The notes under the pieces: generated by a model
The model's input: the letters and a program-made list of their open reading frames with translations, nothing else
The model's database searches: none
Told to the model about the DNA's origin: nothing
Position numbers and translations under genes: made by a program
In this document: piece after piece, positions 60,952-64,000 of the stretch
Layout: every line of letters begins with the position of its first letter
Position numbering within the stretch: the stretch's first letter is position 1
Assembly: GCA_000165345.1 (NCBI GenBank)
Contig: CM000436.1
Span: 1,024,001-1,088,000 of the forward strand
DNA length: 64,000 nucleotides
Direction: 5' to 3'

Positions 60952-62277
60952 TTTTCTTTGCTTTAAATATATTAACGATTAAGTTTATTCTAATATAGTT
61001 GAATCAGCAGATGATATATGCTTATATACTGCTTTCTTTTGAGTCTTTTAACTAGTAATAATCTTCCTTTAAGAAGCTTAATTAGCTAATATTATCAGCT
61101 CGAAATTAATTCAAATATTATGTACACTCGTACAAATTTAATTTAATGTTTATTAACTGATTGACTACTCTCTAGTTATCTACTTTTTATCTTGAGTTAT
61201 TTTTTCATGCATGCAATTGCCTGTGGCTTGCTTGCATTATTATTTCAATAATAAAATTTTTATTATTATTTTTTTTATGTGGATAATTTGCATACATGCA
61301 TGCAAACTTGCATTCACAAAAATGTCAGTTTTTCTATACCGGTATGCACAAATTTTTATTATTAATTTTTTTGTCCACATTCATACACATGTAATAATAA
61401 AATTAAACTGATAAAAGCAGAAAAATTTAATATGATTTATGAAATTAAAAAAAAATTTGTTTATGTGGGAAAATATTGGAAAAATAGAAAGATCATATAT
61501 TATTGGATTGAATTAAAATTGATAAAACCATAATTTTTAAGATAAGAAATCATTTTTTTTTAATGGTAAATTGCGATTCGTGGTTTTTGAATTTAAACAA
61601 TACCTAAAAGCTAAAGAAGAAAGAAAGTATATAATAAATATATCTTAAATTATTATAAACAGAATATTATCTCTTATTTTGCAATAATAAGTTTGATAAA
61701 ATAATTTATTTGATAATGTTTTATTATTAACGCAAAGTTAAATAATAATTATAATAATTAATTTAATGGAAAAGAAAGCATTTATTAATGTGGATAAAAT
61801 GATACAATATAATTAATCTGCAAACTTATTTCGTCGAATTAAATTGAATTCAAGTTAATTAAATATTATTAAATTATATGTCATTCTTTAAAGTTTTAAA
61901 AATTGGTTAATTTTTTTTTCCCTAAATATCATGTAAATGGGCAAGATGTTGGACAAGGCGGTAATATTTAATTAATTGATAATCGAATACAAGCTAATAA
62001 TCAAACATAAGAAAAAAAAAATTCTTCTAAAAATAAGAATTAAGAATATAACTTTGTATATTCCAATATAATAAGAATTAGCTTTTAGAGAATTATAAGC
62101 AAAGTTAACTGATGAAATTTGGTGGTTCCAAATTTACTTAGAAAGCTAAAATTATTCCAAATTAAAGAAGAATACAAGAAATTTCTGTAAGAGAAAAAGG
62201 CACACAATAACAAGCATATAAATAAAAATATATCTTTCATTTTGATTAATTTGGGGATCTTTGCTATTTTAATTAAT

Positions 62278-63276
62278 ATGAGTGATTCAAAAGATATTAT
62301 TCTTGAAATTAAATTAATGAAGGAAAGTTTGGAAAGACTCATTTTAAACAAAGAGTCAGAATCTACATATGACGAAGTAATGAAAATTTTAGAAAAGCTT
62401 GAATCAGTTTGTATTAATCGAGAAATACTCAAGCAGACTAAAATAGGGGTAGTCATGACTGCAGTTAAAAAGGGGTTTTGCACAGTAAATAATATTGCCA
62501 TAGTCACAAAGGCTGATGAATTAATTAGAAAATGGAAGGATTCATTAGCAACTAATACTCAACAAGCACCAAATAATAATGAGAAATTAAATGATCAAAA
62601 CGTCTCATCTACAGCTAAGAAACTCAAACAATCTGCAGAAAATAAAACAAAAGATATTCAAGAAAGCCAAAACCAAGTTAAAAACGAAACAAAAGAAGAA
62701 ATTAAAGAAGAAGAAATTTTACATAAAGAATATACTGGACCTTTGACAGGTGATGTAATGAGAGACAAAGCAAGACATTTTCTATGGAAGGCTATGGTAA
62801 CAGGAGTGCCTTATTCTCAAGCAAAATTAATGAAAGAATCACAAGTTTGTGAAATTGCTGCAGAAATTGAATCTGTATTACATCGAGAGTATATAGTCAA
62901 AGGTGATAATTCAGTTCGTGATTATAATTTACAACTTAAAACAATTAAATGGAATTTAAGCGATTTAAAAAACCCTGAACTGAACTCTAAATTATATGTT
63001 GGTAAAATTACTCCAGAAGAAATTGCTAGAATGCAAAGTAGAGAAATGGCATCAGATGCAAAACAGAAGGAGAGAGAGAAACACAAACAGGAAAGTTTGG
63101 AAGCTTGCCAGTCCGATTGGGATTTGAGGAATTTAATACAAAAAGAGGGTCAATTTACTTGCGGAAAATGCAAGACAAATAAAACAACATATTACCAAAT
63201 GCAGACAAGATCAGCTGACGAACCCATGACAACATTTGTACGTTGTTTAAATTGTGGCAATCGTTGGAAGTTTTAA
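62278..63276 (+). CDS. TFIIS: transcription elongation factor TFIIS
   Basis: N-terminal TFIIS domain I (VMKILEKLESVCINREILKQTKIGVVMTAVKK). Central domain (RDKARHFLWKAM...). C-terminal Zn-ribbon FTCGKCKTNKTTYYQMQTRSADEPMTTFVRCLNCGNRWKF. Track start 62242 is TTG; first ATG is at 62278. Confidence 0.9.
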   Translation: MSDSKDIILEIKLMKESLERLILNKESESTYDEVMKILEKLESVCINREILKQTKIGVVMTAVKKGFCTVNNIAIVTKADELIRKWKDSLATNTQQAPNNNEKLNDQNVSSTAKKLKQSAENKTKDIQESQNQVKNETKEEIKEEEILHKEYTGPLTGDVMRDKARHFLWKAMVTGVPYSQAKLMKESQVCEIAAEIESVLHREYIVKGDNSVRDYNLQLKTIKWNLSDLKNPELNSKLYVGKITPEEIARMQSREMASDAKQKEREKHKQESLEACQSDWDLRNLIQKEGQFTCGKCKTNKTTYYQMQTRSADEPMTTFVRCLNCGNRWKF

Positions 63277-63487
63277 CCTTTTTGTTCTTTTTTGTTTCTG
63301 ATATTCCAAGTATATATTAATATTTATAATAATCGAGGACAATTAAAATAATGGTTTTAATAGAAACCTAAATAAATAATTCAAAAAATTTGATCCAAAA
63401 CACAGGAAAAATAAATAAAAATTGTAATATATTATATTCATGAATATATTTACAAATTTGTCTATAACTGGAGAATTCTCTATCATC

Positions 63488-64000
63488 CTACTCTTTACCA
63501 TGATAAGAATTGAGAAGATTACATGAAAGAAATTTTGTCAAGGGCGAAACAGTTAATTTAGGTACTTCCCCTCGGTAATAGGGGAATACAGAATGGAACA
63601 GGTTGAGATAATTGAGGGAAAATATGATGGACATGATTAGTCCAAAAGTCTTAAGAAGGAAATGTTTATTTGCAACTCTTACAGTATTAGGAGTAACAAA
63701 GATTTGATACTCTGATCTTACCCAAAGCGTTGAATATTTTGACTTTAAAAGTTCTGATGGTTCATTGGTTAAATTTGATAACTTATCACTCATTTGGAAT
63801 GTTGGGCTATTGAAAAAATCATACTCAATGTTAGATTTTTCATTATCGTCCATTATACTACTATTTGTATTATTGTTTTTTGAGATTTCTTGGTGCATAA
63901 TCAACCATTGATACCAATCATTCGGTAGTAATTTACCATGAAATTGGGCAATATCAGCAATAATTTGTTGAGATTCTGTTACAAGATATGATTTATCTTT
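63488..64000 (-). CDS. hypothetical membrane protein, 5'-truncated by window end
   Basis: The reading frame stays open upstream of the track Met through to the window edge (...KDKSYLVTESQQIIADIAQFHGKLLPNDWYQWLIMHQEISK...). One or two C-terminal hydrophobic helices. Confidence 0.35.
   Translation of the reverse strand, partial: KDKSYLVTESQQIIADIAQFHGKLLPNDWYQWLIMHQEISKNNNTNSSIMDDNEKSNIEYDFFNSPTFQMSDKLSNLTNEPSELLKSKYSTLWVRSEYQIFVTPNTVRVANKHFLLKTFGLIMSIIFSLNYLNLFHSVFPYYRGEVPKLTVSPLTKFLSCNLLNSYHGKE

Overview
This is a eukaryotic, AT-rich (about 70% AT), gene-dense nuclear segment. It is not prokaryotic: it has short GTAAGT...AG introns, poly-N/poly-E/poly-S low-complexity coding tracts, a U3 snoRNA, and standard-code ORFs up to 1317 aa. 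Nearly every intergenic region carries a palindromic E2F-like site (TTTGGCGCCAAA). A subset carry TGCATGCA (ApiAP2-like) clusters and GGGG G-boxes. Together with compact intergenic regions of 0.3-1.3 kb, this points to an apicomplexan, most probably a Cryptosporidium-like genome. This is inferred from motif content only; no search was run. N runs at 18545-18547, 20060-20250 and 55249-55255 indicate a draft assembly.

I support about 30 protein-coding genes. Named calls are the DEAH helicase Prp43/DHX15, Sec13 with a Pro-rich tandem-repeat tail, a centrin-like EF-hand protein, a secreted patatin-like phospholipase, an RRM/RGG RNA-binding protein, a Noc1/Mak21(CEBPZ)-like protein, MAD1, an HMG-box protein, a secreted GMC oxidoreductase, SF3B3, a 5-exon membrane-anchored short-chain dehydrogenase (SDR), SUMO, a 3-exon METTL2/6-like methyltransferase, KRI1 with an embedded ZZ zinc finger, fibrillarin, a USP-family deubiquitinase, RPL7 (uL30), RPS15A (uS8), Nop14, SNW/SKIP (Prp45) and TFIIS. 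The remainder are hypothetical or repeat-rich proteins.

The most interesting item not on the ORF track is a GC-rich, roughly 600-bp island at 46760-47400. Its minus strand carries a clear U3 snoRNA directly downstream of the fibrillarin gene. Beside it sits a second GC-rich hairpin-rich element with an Sm-site-like AUUUUGG. I also rebuilt multi-exon models for five genes (12 introns) that the ORF track splits or truncates. I describe a recurrent promoter module (TGCATGCA + ATACCGGTAT + TTATCCACAT + ACGTCATTTT) shared by a few promoters.
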